Numbered from the stretch's first letter, positions 14,598 to 30,325 are shown. The stretch: 64,000 nt of DNA from Eledone cirrhosa (GCA_964016885.1 OZ024745.1:113770001-113834000), one strand, 5' to 3'. Notes: generated from the sequence alone by a model not told the origin. Numbers and translations are program-made.

Positions 14598-14944
14598 AGA
14601 AAGTGGGTTTTTTTTACAAAATGAAAAATAACCGATGTGTCCTACACGAGTGAAAGTATAAAGAAAAAAGATGAAATCGAAAATGCAACTGGAGTCTTAT
14701 TTAAAAAATATATATATATTTATTTGATTCCTTTACCGGTTTCGCAGTTCTTCTGCTTTTCAAAAGTAGAGTTGAGATGGAGGGTCTGTGGTTTTTCTCA
14801 CATGTGAGGAAAACCACAGACCCTCCATCTCAACTCTACTTTTGAAAAGCAGAAGAACTGCGAAACAGGTAAAGGAACCAAATAAATTTATAAATTTTTT
14901 TTAAATAAGACTCCAGTTGCATTTTCGATTTCATCTTTTTTTCT
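14598..14944. mobile_element. Fold-back PLE-derived mini-element (family C) with variant HHR in each arm
   Basis: Loopless palindrome centred at 14802/14803 with about 142-bp arms, left tail 14598-14660 and TA flanks. HHRs at 14731-14766(-) and 14839-14874(+). Confidence 0.85.
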
Positions 14945-15660
14945 ATATATATATATATGTTTTAAGTATGTGCTTGCGCGCGTTCGCTATTGAAATCTTG
15001 CGCTGGTGTGTCTGTTGTAGTATATCTGTACGTTTACTTGTCCTTTTGCGAGAGCGCATTTCCTTCTCTTTTCTTGATTCATTCAAAAATACTTTTTTGA
15101 ATGGATTTATGTTACAAAACGTTGCTACTTAGAAACATACTGGAAGTTATTTTAAGCAAAGGAACTTCAGTTTTAGAGAACAATAGTCGAAATATTTTTG
15201 TGACACAATGAACTGATTTCGCTAAATTTCAAGAATACACAAATAGAAATATAGATGCAAAATATTAATAGTATTGTGATAGGATATACGTGTATGTATT
15301 TATAACTCTCTCTCTCTCACCTTTTGACTCTCTGTCTCTATCCCCTACCCATTTCCTCCCCCCCTCCCTTCTCCCCCCTCTCCCTCTGAGTGTGGGTGTG
15401 TTTGTGTATTCTAATGTGTTTTAGAGAACCCTAACAATCCATATATGGTAAGTGCAATGCAGCAATAGGCAAGAAGAATATTGGTTCATTTTTTCTTACC
15501 TTTTTTCACATTGGTATAACTAATAATTGATACATCTCTGTGGGATAAACTCCTACTACTATGAACGCGCAACAGAATATTCTTTAACATCAATATTAGT
15601 ACTTTCCCATGTGAGTGTTAGAGCACTACTTATAGCTATTATTTTTTTTCGCGGATTTTT

Positions 15661-16062
15661 CCTGATAAAATTACTAGATTGTCTCATAGGAAAATATTAA
15701 TTTTCATAGAATTACTAGTTTTTCCAAGGAAAAAAAAAAGTAAAATTAATTTGATTAGCAAAAATCAGGTTTCACCGTTGATGATTACTAGATTACCCTA
15801 CGGGAAAGAATGATTATTCATAAACTTACTAGTTATGCCAACGAGAAAAGGCAAAACAAAAAAAAAAAAATTATAATTTCATCAACAAAATTAAGTTTTA
15901 TCATCGCTGCGCCCAGATAGGAAAGTATTGATATTGATGTTTATAAATATTTGGCGCAGGGTGATAAAGTTACTAAATTACCCCACGGAAAGTATCAATA
16001 TTCATAAAATTACAAGCTGTACCAACAAGAAAAACCAAAGAAATTAATTTGATCACCAAAAT
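15661..16062. repeat. Degenerate repeat of about 120 bp, 3 units
   Basis: Recurring tgataaa.ttactagattaccc...ggaaa...ttcata.aattactag...ccaa.gaaaa...aattaatttgat.a.caaaa at about 15661, 15779 and 15961. Confidence 0.55.
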
Positions 16063-16479
16063 GTATTACGCTTGCTGCGTTTTGTTGCGATGTATTTACC
16101 GCAATTCACTGCAATGAAAGCTAAAAATAAATATAATCAAAAGCAAATCAAAAACAATGGTTTGCAGTTTTATTTTATAATTCAATATTTTGGTTTTTAA
16201 AAGATTTATCAAGGAAATCGATGAAGAATTAGCTTCGTACTTCATTTGCACATGTATATGAAAATAGTGGGTGCAACAAGAGCAAATAGCGTCATAGTAA
16301 TCAAACAGCGTTATACAGTTCCTGTCTGTTGTTGATTGAAAGAATCAGTTGGTCGATAATGATTGCCTCTCTAACACTGACATTTATAATAGTCCATTCT
16401 TTGGCTTTTTTGAGGACCGTAATATGATGCTTGTAACTGAATGTATGTGTTATTTAACCCAGATTATTGTAATCCACAA

Positions 16480-16930
16480 CACACTCCTCTGAGCCCTCCT
16501 AGAAAATGCCTGTCACAAAAATGGTCCCATACATGATCACAGAGAACGCACATTGGCTAACTGCCTTATCAACAATCTTGACGTAAATGTAGGAGCTTAC
16601 ATGGTGAATCGCAAAATATGTTATAAGTGTGGTAGATCTTATGTCAGAAGTATCGTTGGTAATCGCAGCAGTCCATGTCATTACATGAACAACCACCTCC
16701 AAACCCCAAACTTCAGAAATAACACAGCTCAGAACTGCTACATTAACATACTAAAACACATTGCCTCTCACAACCAGGCAGAAAAACACAGGAATCCAGT
16801 CACACAGAAATAGCTTCATTGCTTACAAACATTGTACAGGGATGAACACGTCCAACAATCAATGCAGATGAACATTAACTATCACGCTCCGACCTAGTCC
16901 ACATCACCTGCAACCGTTGCATCCCTCAGC
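16480..16930 (+). mobile_element. Degraded GIY-YIG endonuclease remnant (PLE-like)
   Basis: NCLINN...AYMV..KICYKCGRSYVRS......HYMNNHL resembles C..N..Y...CxxC...YVG.T....RM..H. Confidence 0.45.
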
Positions 16931-17854
16931 AGAAACTATTTCAATGAGGGAACCATTATGTTGTCGCTCAACCACATAGAATACACATGACGTCAAGTGT
17001 TTTTCCTTATTATACCATGATTTTGCTAATTGGAGCGACACAATCACAGCCCGGTTATCAATTAGGAAACACGCTATAACACAAGTACAGACACACAAAC
17101 ACCTCCCCCATATGTATATATGTGTGTATGTGTGTGTGTATATCCGCACGTGTGATACGGATGTATATAAAGATATGGTATAATCTTAGATCAGATCAGT
17201 GAAAGAAAGACAGATTTCAGGTGTGGTGTGACTGGAAGGTCCGTGGGTTCGAATCTTGGTTCAGGTAACGTATCGTGTTCTTCAATAAATCACTTCTTTT
17301 CTGGTTACTCCAATTAACCCAGCTGAATATGAATGCAAGCAGTACTATAGCACCACGACTATCATCACCAACAGCACCAATAACAACAACTGACATTTCA
17401 TAAATATCATCCGCTCCTTCACATATCACCATCTTCACAAACACCATCATCACCATCATCATTGTCAACCACATTACAGTCATACTCATCGCCGTCATCA
17501 ATCTAATTGGGATATTGGAATTCGCTCTAAACGATTTCTTTTACTGCCAAGAATAATAGCTAATCGTTAATTTTCCTTCGCTCATTCAATTTTCCATTCT
17601 TTGCTTTTTCCTTTCCTTTTTTCCCTCTTCTTCATCACCATCCACCACAAAATCATTTCCCTGAAATTCTTTCAATACAATTATCTCTGATAAAAAGGCA
17701 TATTTCAATATTGCTGCGTATTACGAATTGGCTTCATATTTTATTCCTCAAGCAATTTTATTATCTCTCCCGCCCTCTGACACCTACGTCTATTACAAGT
17801 ATTGTTATTGTTACTGTTGTTGTTGCAATACATTTACTCACTCACACACGTATG

Positions 17855-17914
<60 letters not shown>

Positions 17915-17955
17915 TATATATGTGTGTGTGTATGGTATGTGTATATATATATATA

Positions 17956-18075
17956 TACAGTAATCCCCCGCTATATTGCGGTTCAATTTTCGCGGTCCCG
18001 CTACATCGCGGATTTTTCTTTGGAGCGTATTTAATTTCCTAACGTGGTAATCCTCGCTACATAACGGATTTTTCG
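17956..18075 (+). mobile_element. Tigger/pogo-like DNA transposon terminus
   Basis: TA|cagtaatcccccgctatattgcggttca...cgctacatcgcggatttt with an internal repeat (gtaatcctcgctacataacggatttt). Confidence 0.6.
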
Positions 18076-18369
18076 TCGTCAGAACATATCTATTTTCTTA
18101 TCGCGGTACGTACGTGTGAATAAAAAGTGTTTAAAATTTAAACTTATTAATTAAGTTTCGATGTGAGTGAAGTGTATAGCTTTAATTATAAAAAATGTTT
18201 TTATTTTTCATTCCATTACTCTTTTACTGATTTTATTTTTTTCTAATCTACTACAAACTCTTCTAGATTGACGGAAGATGTGCAGTGTAGTACCAAGCGG
18301 CTACCGTGGCTGGCAATGGTCACAAAACACAGAGACACTGGTACGATCGTTGGTGGCAGTTTCTATTTT

Positions 18370-19951
18370 TGCATTTTTGCATTTTTGAACCAATCTAAAG
18401 AATACGCAAGAGGAACAAGGAGATGCGCACTCTGCATAAGTGAAAAATATTGGATTTTTAGAACCTTAAATCACCAAAAACCTGCCTAAATGCAAAAACA
18501 GAAATTTTCACCAGTTGCCCACACATGAAATCACACTTGCTTTCCAGCTCATATAAACTTAACTCACTTTCAGATACTTATCCTCCATAAACTCTTGTTC
18601 TTCACTTTCCTTAACTTACCTTCTTTACAGTCTTCTCTTTCTGATTTACTTTTATTTTTATTTTTAACTTTATTTTTACTTCACATCCACAATGACCCCC
18701 CCCCCCTACTTTTTGATTCACTTATATTATATCTTCACAATTTTACATATTTAACTTCTCTCTTTTCTTTCACTACCTGATATTACGAGTCACTTGCGTT
18801 CTCAACTCCAGATATATTCTGTTGTCCCTCAGCCGCTTTTATGTATGTTTACTTGCGTATAATTTGTACTCATTTATTCATACGGTTGGTTTTTATATTG
18901 TATGTATACGTGTAAGTGTGCATATGTCTGTATACGTGTTTGTATATGTATACGAATGCATTGGTATGTGCGCGTGTATGATTATATGTGTGTGTGTATG
19001 TGTGTTTTTATATCTATGTTTTTTACATACTTATATATGTGTGTGGGTGTATATGTATATATATGTGTATATATATATATGTATATATATATATATGGTC
19101 GCGTGCGTGCGTGTGATTAGATGTACATGTATGTATATATATGTGCTTCGTGTGTATGTATGCGCGCTTTTGTATGTATGTACGCATGTATGTGCTTTTT
19201 TCTGTACGTATTTATATATATATTTATATATATAAATGTGTGTACTAACCTCTGTATATTTTCTATTTTTTCTAGTGTTACACTATAATTGATAACCCCC
19301 CCCCCTCTTACTTTCTCTTTGATTTAATTTTTTTATTCTCATATATTTTTTCATTTTTTCATTTTCATATTAAATATATTTTTATATATATATCCACCTT
19401 CAGCCTGACAATGCTTTGACTGATACACTCCCTTCCCTGTAAATATCACATGCATGCATGTGGTTGCGCGCGCGTGTGTGTGTTTATACGCGTGCTTTCA
19501 TACTTGTATGTGTATATATTTCAATCCTTAGTCTCTGAGTCTGTATGTACGCTAACTCTATTATCTTACAATTTCTTTTTTCAACATATATTATATACGT
19601 ATTTGTGGTCACACATACACTGATATGCTTACCCTCATGTATGTACTTACGCACACATTTTTTTACTATACACATGCATTTATACATACACACATATGTA
19701 CATTTGTAGGTGTATATACACACATTTATACACATACCCTTACTATATTTCCTTATTTTATTTTTATATATCTCTTGCATTACTTTTATATATATAATTT
19801 TTTGCCCGTTAAACTTTTGCCTTTCTTGAGGATATTTTTCAAATATTTCACTCTGTTTTAAATTGCCTTGTCTGACGAACGAATGAGGACGTTTCTTGTA
19901 TTCGTCTTATTCGGGAAACCTCTGGTAATGAGGTAATTATATTGTATTGTT

Positions 19952-19960
<9 letters not shown>
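18370..19960 (+). mobile_element. 5'-truncated Penelope-like element: EN C-terminus, 3' UTR and HHR, ending in (TA)n
   Basis: EYARGTRRCALCISEKYWI then, after a frameshift, CLNAKTEIFTSCPHMKSHLL, matching the CxLCxxEK...LNxxxE...CxH tail of Neptune-type PLEs as I recall it. HHR at 19872-19935: CTGACGA-stem II-GAAA-cctc/gagg-TA, stem I degraded. Confidence 0.75.
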
Positions 19961-21696
<1,736 letters not shown>

Positions 21697-22561
21697 TAAA
21701 AACGTAGAAGTAGATTGAGGGAAGAGGGGAAGAGACAAGAATGCCTTTGGAATTGCAGGTAGAGTCTATTCCGAAATCCTGCACACACTTTCACTCACAA
21801 GGCAAAGCTTGATCCAATGCTATGGCAAATTATATTTACCCATGACACCACACAGTGGAATCGAACCTAAAACCTAATGATTGTGAAGCGAACCTCTTAT
21901 CCATTTGACCATGCTGCGTCCACGACCTAAATACATGCATTCACACATTCACACATACACGTATGCACACACCCAAGGAACTAAAGCAGTAGATCATGTC
22001 GTAAAGTTATATCTCTCATACACAGTTATCAACACACTGAATAATGTAGTCCATCGATGGAATTCACTTTCATCAAATTATAACAACAACAACAACAGAT
22101 ATACGCAAACACAGAGACAGATGCAAGAATAATCACGCATATACACTCACTCATGCACACACACACACACACACAAACACACACACGCGTACACACACAC
22201 ACACAAACGCACTCAAACAAGCATAGATTCTAGCTCTAAAACATCTAAGAAAAAACACACTTCTTACAAAACACACACATACATATAAAAAGACACACAG
22301 ATAGGCAAACATGCTCATACACACACTCTTCCACACACATGTTCAAACAAACACATACATACACTTGCAAGTAAAATACACATATACTCATATATACACA
22401 GACACACACAGAAAGTCATGCGCTACACACCAGCAAGAAACTTATAAACTAAAAACATATATCTTAACTTATCTAAAACAACACACACATATGCATACAT
22501 ATATATATATGCAAGGCCATATAGATATGCAACATACTATCACTCCCTCACATACACGCAC

Positions 22562-22704
<143 letters not shown>

Positions 22705-23041
22705 GACATATATTTGCAAAAGAAAAAAAAGCCTGCACATGCACACATATACTGACACACATCCCCTCACACACACAGACATACACAAACACACACACTT
22801 TGAAATATGAATCATTGGTAAAGTTAAAGTTAGTGTTTTGTAGGCTTTTACTGTACAAAACATTATAAACCTCTTAAGGAATAACAAGAAATTCACTTCA
22901 ACTTTTCTGCCAACAACTCAATATTTCGAACTGTTATTTATCATTCAAATCAACGTATGTTTCTAACTGTCTAACTGCCTATATACCACCACCCCCTCTT
23001 GCCTTTCAAACTCCCTCGTTTGTTTTCTCTTTCTCCCCTTC

Positions 23042-23141
23042 TCTTGGTATCTTTATGTGCTTATACGCACATTATACTGTGTGTATATATATATATATAT
23101 ACACAGTATAATGTGCGTATAAGCACATAAAGATACCAAGA
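23042..23141. repeat. Inverted repeat centred on a (TA)n tract
   Basis: tcttggtatctttatgtgcttatacgcacattatactgtgt-(TA)n-acacagtataatgtgcgtataagcacataaagataccaaga. Confidence 0.85.
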
Positions 23142-23293
23142 TATATATATATATATATTCATATATGTGTGTGTATGTGTATATATGTGTGTGCGTGTAT
23201 GTGTGAATGTGTGTGCGTGTATGTATGTGTGTGTGTAGAATGCGTGTGTGTATATATACATGTATATATACACACATATACAGAAGTTACATC

Positions 23294-23338
23294 TTCTCTG
23301 CTGAAGATCGCAATAGTGAGAAACTCGAGTAATGAGAA
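23294..23338 (+). ncRNA. Minimal type I hammerhead ribozyme
   Basis: ttctctg-CTGAAGA-tcgc(aata)gtga-GAAA-ctcgag-TA-atgagaa. Palindromic stem III ACTCGAGT; stem I has 2 core-proximal mismatches. Confidence 0.65.
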
Positions 23339-23440
23339 AGAAAATATAGTTTAAACACTGCATCATATTCTCTACATGTACTGAGGGCCCCCTCTTGTCA
23401 TTAATTCACAAGTGCGATATTTGAACATACTCTGTGTGTG

Positions 23441-23507
<67 letters not shown>

Positions 23508-24267
23508 ATGTGTGTAATGGGAAGATGTATATATATAAATACTTCGTTTCTTAATCAAGTTGGCCCAAGATCTCTTCCACTTTCTGGTTTCTTGGACACC
23601 TAGCATGTATATCACCAGGTCAAACCAATTTACAGTAATATATTTCGTCTGCATTTTTCAAACGGTTGAAGTGGACGAGGGTCAGGGATCTGAGACACAA
23701 GCCCTATCCTACTTCACACATCGAATGGATGGACACAGCTGTGTTTTTCGCATTTGTTTGACCTTGAAATTTCATAAGCATAAAATAATAAAATTATTCC
23801 CGTTACTTAAAGAATGTAGCTTGATTTATTTCAATCTCGTCGGTTCTAAACATATAATACATCTGAATTGGGTTACTAGTTTAGTTCAAAGGGTCCAAAA
23901 GTGGTCGATGGGACTACCCAAGATGTTGATTGAACTTTCGAACAAAAACCTCCTTCAGGGTCCAGAGAAATATAGAAAGTGAGAGGGCGAGGAAATGCGA
24001 AAGAGATATAGAAGAAGATTTGACCTCACTACTCTGGAAAACTTTTATCGACCTTGAAAGAAGGAAAAGTAAAGTTGACCTCGGCGGAGAGCCGGAACGA
24101 ATACCATCTATCGACTCTATCAATTCACCGCCAATAAACAAGCAGGAGATTAGAGTATTTGGTATAATATATCTGAAAACAAGACAGGAAGACACGGTAA
24201 AAAATTCTTCATTCTGACTGCTTCATTTAACAAACATCTATTGATGCAATATTCATATAGTCATATT

Positions 24268-24307
<40 letters not shown>

Positions 24308-24311
<4 letters not shown>

Positions 24312-24408
24312 TAAAATTAGAGCGAGAATTAATGCGGAAAAATACCAATGACGGCTGGAAGATCACTGATGACGCACGCCCTGTCTTCTCGCTCTGATTT
24401 TATTCATA
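24308..24408. mobile_element. Short TIR or fold-back element next to (TA)n
   Basis: atgaataaaattagagcgagaa ... ttctcgctctgattttattcat. Interior aataccaatga.ggctggaagatcactgatga recurs at 53193-53242. Confidence 0.6.
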
Positions 24409-24459
24409 TGTATCCAATTTGCAACAACGCAGCACGCCATTTTTCATTTATATATATAT

Positions 24460-25065
24460 GTTTCGTTTCTGGCGAGAGCTTCAGGATAGTAAAAAATCAT
24501 CTGTACTCCACCAACATGCTAAAATAGAACATAGAAATAAAAATAGAGAACATAGAAATAAAAATAGAATCTACACACAGAAAAGGCGCAATGTTATAGA
24601 CAAATCACAGAGGCAATAAACATAAATGAACTCCAACCAAAATTAAATAGAAAACATGAATGGAATAGCAACATCACAACTTACAATTAAGGTCAAAATG
24701 AAAACACACACACACATAGAACAAACAACCAACCAGTAACATGTAAATAAACAAATAAATACAGACACCTGGATGTAACACATGCGCAAACTAAGCACAC
24801 AACACACACAAAAACAAGATGGCGTAGGACAGAACAAAGGAGAGGCACAAAAACAAAGAAAAGAATCCCCAGTCACTGAAGAGGTCACAGAATGTGTGAC
24901 GAAAGAACTTTGACAATATATGAACAATCGTCTGGTTGTGGAACCAACCAACCGGAAATTTATAAATTCCTAAATTGATAAATTTAATTTATAATAAATT
25001 GAAGTGAAAGCAACTGGTGCGTGTGTTACTTATTGGCAAGATGACCCTCCCAAAGCATAACAATA
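24460..25065 (+). mobile_element. PLE remnant with HHR at 24872-24914
   Basis: SKKSSVLHQHAKIEH resembles the GIY-YIG S.L..H...H motif. HHR gtca-CTGAAGA-g.gtcac(agaatgt)gtgac-GAAA-g(aa)c-TT-tgac. TA flanks. Confidence 0.7.
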
Positions 25066-25075
25066 TATATATATG

Positions 25076-25385
25076 TGGAGACTAAAATCCAAAGAGGGCT
25101 CGATAAGGATATATCAAATATATAAGAACCCTAGAGCAAATATTTATTAAAATAACAAATTAAAGTTGAAGCAAATAATCGCTGTTTCACGCTTAACGGG
25201 ATCTTCTGAAACTAAAAAAATCAATCTGTGAACGCAGAAGTAAATATTTCGAAAAACGTTGCAACCGAAGGAAAACGGGAAGACGATACTTTGGTTCGTG
25301 AAGACGTTTTAGTTTCAGAAGATCCCGTTAAGGGTGAAAGCAGCAATTATTTGCTTAAACTTTAATATGTTATTTTAATAATTAA
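25076..25385. mobile_element. Fold-back mini-element (family G) with CAGAAGA-core HHR
   Basis: Arms about 25144-25217 and 25310-25383, left tail 25076-25143. HHR 25312-25360: gttt-CAGAAGA-t.ccc(gttaa)ggg.t-GAAA-gca...tgc-TT-aaac. Confidence 0.8.
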
Positions 25386-25389
25386 TATA

Positions 25390-25455
<66 letters not shown>

Positions 25456-25500
25456 TATGAATATATTTATATATATATATGAATATGAATATATGAATAT

Positions 25501-25529
<29 letters not shown>

Positions 25530-25537
<8 letters not shown>

Positions 25538-25887
25538 TTAGAAAATATAAGCTTTTACCGTAATTTAGACTAAAGAAATTTCTAGCCTGATAGTGGAGTT
25601 GATAACTCTCTGAGAAATGTTGCCGTATATGGCAGTCGAACCTACATCTTTGGTTATCCATACCAAAGATGTGGGTCTTTGGTCTGGATAACCAAAGATA
25701 TGGGTTCGACTCCCATGTACGGCAACACTCATCTTTTTCCATTTCTTCGAGGGTTATAAACCCCACTATCAGGCTAGAAATTTCTTTAGTCTAAATTACG
25801 TTGAAAGCTTATATTTTCTAATTTCTAATTTCAAACTCGCGCACCGTTTCAAAAACATACTTACATGTTTACGTTTATAATTTGCTT

Positions 25888-25891
<4 letters not shown>
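25530..25891. mobile_element. Fold-back element containing a tRNA 3' half (family H)
   Basis: Arms 25530-25660 and 25685-25829, right tail to 25891, TA flanks. Anticodon-like hairpin ttggt(ctggata)accaa and T-arm atggg(ttcgact)cccat at about 25700-25716. Confidence 0.75.
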
Positions 25892-25929
<38 letters not shown>

Positions 25930-26019
25930 GATTAATTTGTAAAATTATTAATCATATTGTCAGAGAAAAGTATAGGTTAACCAAAGTTTTAAAGTAAATC
26001 ATTGCTAGATCCTAAAGTC

Positions 26020-26780
26020 GGGTCTATTAATATAGAATTTAAGAATTTTCTTTAGGATATCGTACATACGTTTCGGCCAGTATAAGCCCAGGTCATGTCT
26101 AACTTAATTGTACCACCTGATGGAATCTTTTAGATCATGTCTTGGACATCAGTCAAATTTTGGACACCATGGCCCACTCTAGTGAAGAGTTATTGTTTTC
26201 AGTGACATATCCGGGTGTAGAGTTTTGTTCGGGATGTCTTGAAGAAATTTTTCCTAGAGAATGTTTGAAATTTATGAGATCTGTTTCTGTTTTAATGTAC
26301 TTTGGTATAATATTAAAGAGAGCTGGGGCGGTTGAGGTGACATAGTTGTGTCCTAATGTTATGTGTTGCGGTTTCGATTTTTGTAATGGGCGGACAGCAC
26401 GGGGACCAAGCCTTGACTTGATTTTAAAGTTGATGCCAACAACATTTGGGCAATTTTTTCAACATCATATAAATGATGTAGCGTTCAAGGCGGCGTTGGA
26501 CAGAGCAGAGTGTGAGTTTCTCTAGGCGACCACAATAAACAAGGCCTGTCATGCCATCTATCTTTTTTGTTATTGACTTCTAGAGTGCTTCTATTTTCAT
26601 CATATTTTGTTTCGTGTTGGGATACCTCAGTGGTCAGCAGTATTCCAGGTGGAGCCGGGCAAACGTAGAGTAGAGAGGGATGATGGTATCAGTTTCTCTA
26701 TCCCGGAAAGTTCTAAGAATCCAACAGCATATCACGGGGGACAAGTCAACTTTGTTGTTTACGTGAGTACTACAGCAGAA
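26020..26780 (-). mobile_element. CR1/L2-like LINE 3' fragment
   Basis: Minus-strand ILRTFRDRETDTIIPLYSTFARLHLEYC (LY...VRPHLEYC-like) and LCSVQRR motifs, with stops. Confidence 0.7.
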
Positions 26781-26908
26781 TAATTCAAGGATCAGAACTT
26801 GTCTACACAAAGGTATCTACATATGTGTTTGTACAATTATATAGGCACAATAACAAGAAGATCTGAGGGTAAAGTTGTTATAAGATTGATTCTTACCACA
26901 TATACCCC

Positions 26909-26972
<64 letters not shown>

Positions 26973-26978
<6 letters not shown>

Positions 26979-27194
26979 TAAAATAACAGATTAAAGTTTA
27001 AGCAAAGAATCGCTGCTTTCACCCTTAACGGGATCTTCAGAAGATCCCGTTAAGGGTGAAAGCAGCGATTCTTTGCTTAAACTTTAATCTGTTATTTTAA
27101 TAAATATTTGCTCTACGGTTCTTATATATTTGATATATATTTTCCTTATCGAGCCCTCTTTGGATTTTAGTCTTCAATTTTATTAGTATTACTA

Positions 27195-27195
<1 letters not shown>
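26973..27195. mobile_element. Fold-back mini-element (family G), perfect palindrome
   Basis: Arms 26973-27038 and 27040-27105 around a single base at 27039. The right tail is the reverse complement of 25076-25143. TA flanks. Confidence 0.9.
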
Positions 27196-27253
<58 letters not shown>

Positions 27254-27587
27254 GTGTGTGTGTGTGTATGTGGTACTGAGGCTGGGGAGACTTATAATCA
27301 TGAGAGTACTCAATGCAACATATGATTTTACAACATAGGATTTTTGTAAAATCATGGAGTCAGTGGTAAACGGCAATCTTGGACGAAATCTCTTCGCCTG
27401 GGCATTTAAAATTAATATATTATAAAACTAACGAGGGTCCCCGGTTAGCATGTTGCTCACTCAATGAATCTGCCGAATTGCAGTAATGCAGTTGCAATCA
27501 GCCGTTCAGAGTGCACACATTTAGTTAATAGCAGATACTGTGGTGGTGTTTAGGTAGAGAGAAAGGTAAAATTCTCAACCCCCAGAC

Positions 27588-27640
<53 letters not shown>

Positions 27641-28065
27641 GTATAACATATTAATTTAACAATGAAAATGATAACAACAAAGTCAAGTTATTTTACCTAT
27701 TCATATCATTGTTTTACGATCGTTTCGGAGGGTTGATCATATTGACTGATCTATAGCAGTTATATAATTGCATACTATCAGACTTGATATATAGATTCGA
27801 TCAGACCGTCTATATTTATTTATTTATATATAATAACGTAGTAAAGACAAAGGCTTTTTAGAGTATAATATAGTATAGTAGCAAAGATAAAAATATTTAT
27901 AATATAGTAGTAAAGAAAGAGATATCCATCCATACATGATCACTGAACCTGAAATAGTATCGTAGGGGCACTGTCGTGGGAGACAGCTTGTCCTGGGAAT
28001 TCAAGCGTAGTGGAATCCCGCCCCTCTTCGAGTCTGAACCCAAGTGTTATCTTCCAGAGAGTGGC

Positions 28066-28136
<71 letters not shown>

Positions 28137-28159
28137 GAAATAGAGAGAGAGAGAGAAAT

Positions 28160-28302
28160 TCTAACCAAGTACTGAATGGATAGTTTATTTATCAAACTTG
28201 AACGGATAAAAGGCAAAAAGTGACATCGGTGTGATTTGAACTGCGAGAGCCATTACGAATATTGCGAAGTAATTTACCCAGCATTCTAGCGGCTGCGCCA
28301 AC
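28160..28302 (-). mobile_element. SINE family A, old copy
   Basis: ggataaaaggcaaaaagtgacatcgg..gatttgaact, the reverse complement of the central domain and B-box. Confidence 0.55.
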
Positions 28303-28994
28303 TCTTTGTATAGCGTAGAAGACAGAGTAATGAAGATAATATGGAAACGATGTGCAATTGTAATGCAATAAATGCTATATAATTCTATCTATACCAGTTA
28401 TTGCCACTCCCATTACGTTATCAGTAATTCTTCCACCACCACCATTACAACCACTAGCATCACTAAAAGAGAAGGGGTGGGGAAAGATGGCAGATATAGG
28501 GAACACACATTTGTAAAGATGTGGATGGAGCAAGAGGATGGTAATACGAAGAAGAAAGGGGAGAAAGGAGAAGACTAGAGTGTGTCAGAGAGAGAGAGAG
28601 GGAGAGAGAGAGAACAGAAGCGAAGCAATGAAGATTTGTAAACATTAATTGGAGTAGGGGTGAGAGGGGAAAAAATAAGGGCGAAGCAGAGAAAGCAGAG
28701 AGAGAGAAGATGAGGAGGTTGAGCAGAATTATTGAAAGTCACATTGTCAGTAGTAGGAGAGCAGCCATAAGAAGCAACCAATAGGAATCAGACAGCAACT
28801 GCTGAACATCGACATTACTTCTAAGTGGGAGTGGTCTCCCTTCTGCAATGTGCAGACGACACGAAAAAGAAGTTAAGATGGGGGAAAAGAAGTGTGAGGA
28901 GTATGAATTCCAGTATAGAAATAATGAGAGAGATGGGGAGAGAGAAAGAGTAAAAGTGCAATAGAGAAATAGTGAGAGAGAATTAGAAAATGTG

Positions 28995-29074
<80 letters not shown>

Positions 29075-30043
29075 TGAGACAAACAGAAAAAAAGAGAGAA
29101 GTGAAAGATAGATAGATGGATTTAGAGAGCGTGTGAGTCAATGAGTAAGTTCAGAAAGGAGGAAACACAGAGAAAAAGTGACAGAAAGATAATTACATGT
29201 GGTGCGAGGGAATAGAGAAAGAGAAACAAGAACAAAGAGAGAGGAAAGGAAGTGAGAGAGAGAGAGACAGAGATAGAGAGAGGGGGGGGGGGGTAAATGA
29301 AAGACGATTCAGAGAGGGTGAAAGAAAAGTTGTGTACATGCATGTGTGGTTATATATGTGTCTGTTTGCGATTCTCTGTGTTTATGTATGAGAATAGGTG
29401 TGGTGTGTACGCGTGTGCGTGGTGTACGTGTGTGTGTGTATTGATATGTAACAGTATGCGTGACTACTACATAGCTATATGAGTCTGTGTGAGAGAGACT
29501 ACTGTATGTGTGTGTGTGTCTGCATCTGTATGCATTTGGGGGGGGGGGGAGTCCGTATATGAGAATGCGCGTATGTGCATATGTTCATGTTTGTCTGTAT
29601 GTAATTGCGCTCACTCATATGCCTCTGTGTGTGTCTATGCATGCATGTGTATGCGTGTGTGTGTCTTGACAATATTTCTTGATTTCTTACGGTGTCTGTG
29701 CAGCAGCACGTATGTGTGCCTATGAGAGAGAATGGGGGAGAGAGGGAGAGAGGGAGAGAGGTGTTTATATCTTGGTATACATACGTCTGTGTCAGTAAAC
29801 ATGAGTCTGTATGTCTGCATATATGTTTGTTTTATACTTGCATTGTGTTGCAACAGAGTGTAAGGATTAAACAAGTAGCTAAGACTTGGTGCCAGTAGTG
29901 TATGACAATTGTGTTGTCGTATATATATATATATATATATTTTTTTATTTTATTTATCAACCCGAATGGAAATTCACACGCTGGTATTTTGACCATGAAT
30001 AATTGAGTGTCATTTTCGGAAAGCAAACGGATAAATCTTTCTC

Positions 30044-30325
<282 letters not shown>

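Noticed and set aside
24330-24380. Permuted (type II) hammerhead GAAA...CTGATGA, also at 53191-53225
   Set aside because: No stem III or stem I hairpins and no UH site could be built between the motifs.
25680-25726. Functional tRNA gene
   Set aside because: The 5' acceptor strand and D-arm are absent; only a tRNA-derived half is present. The SINE heads are likewise not intact tRNAs.
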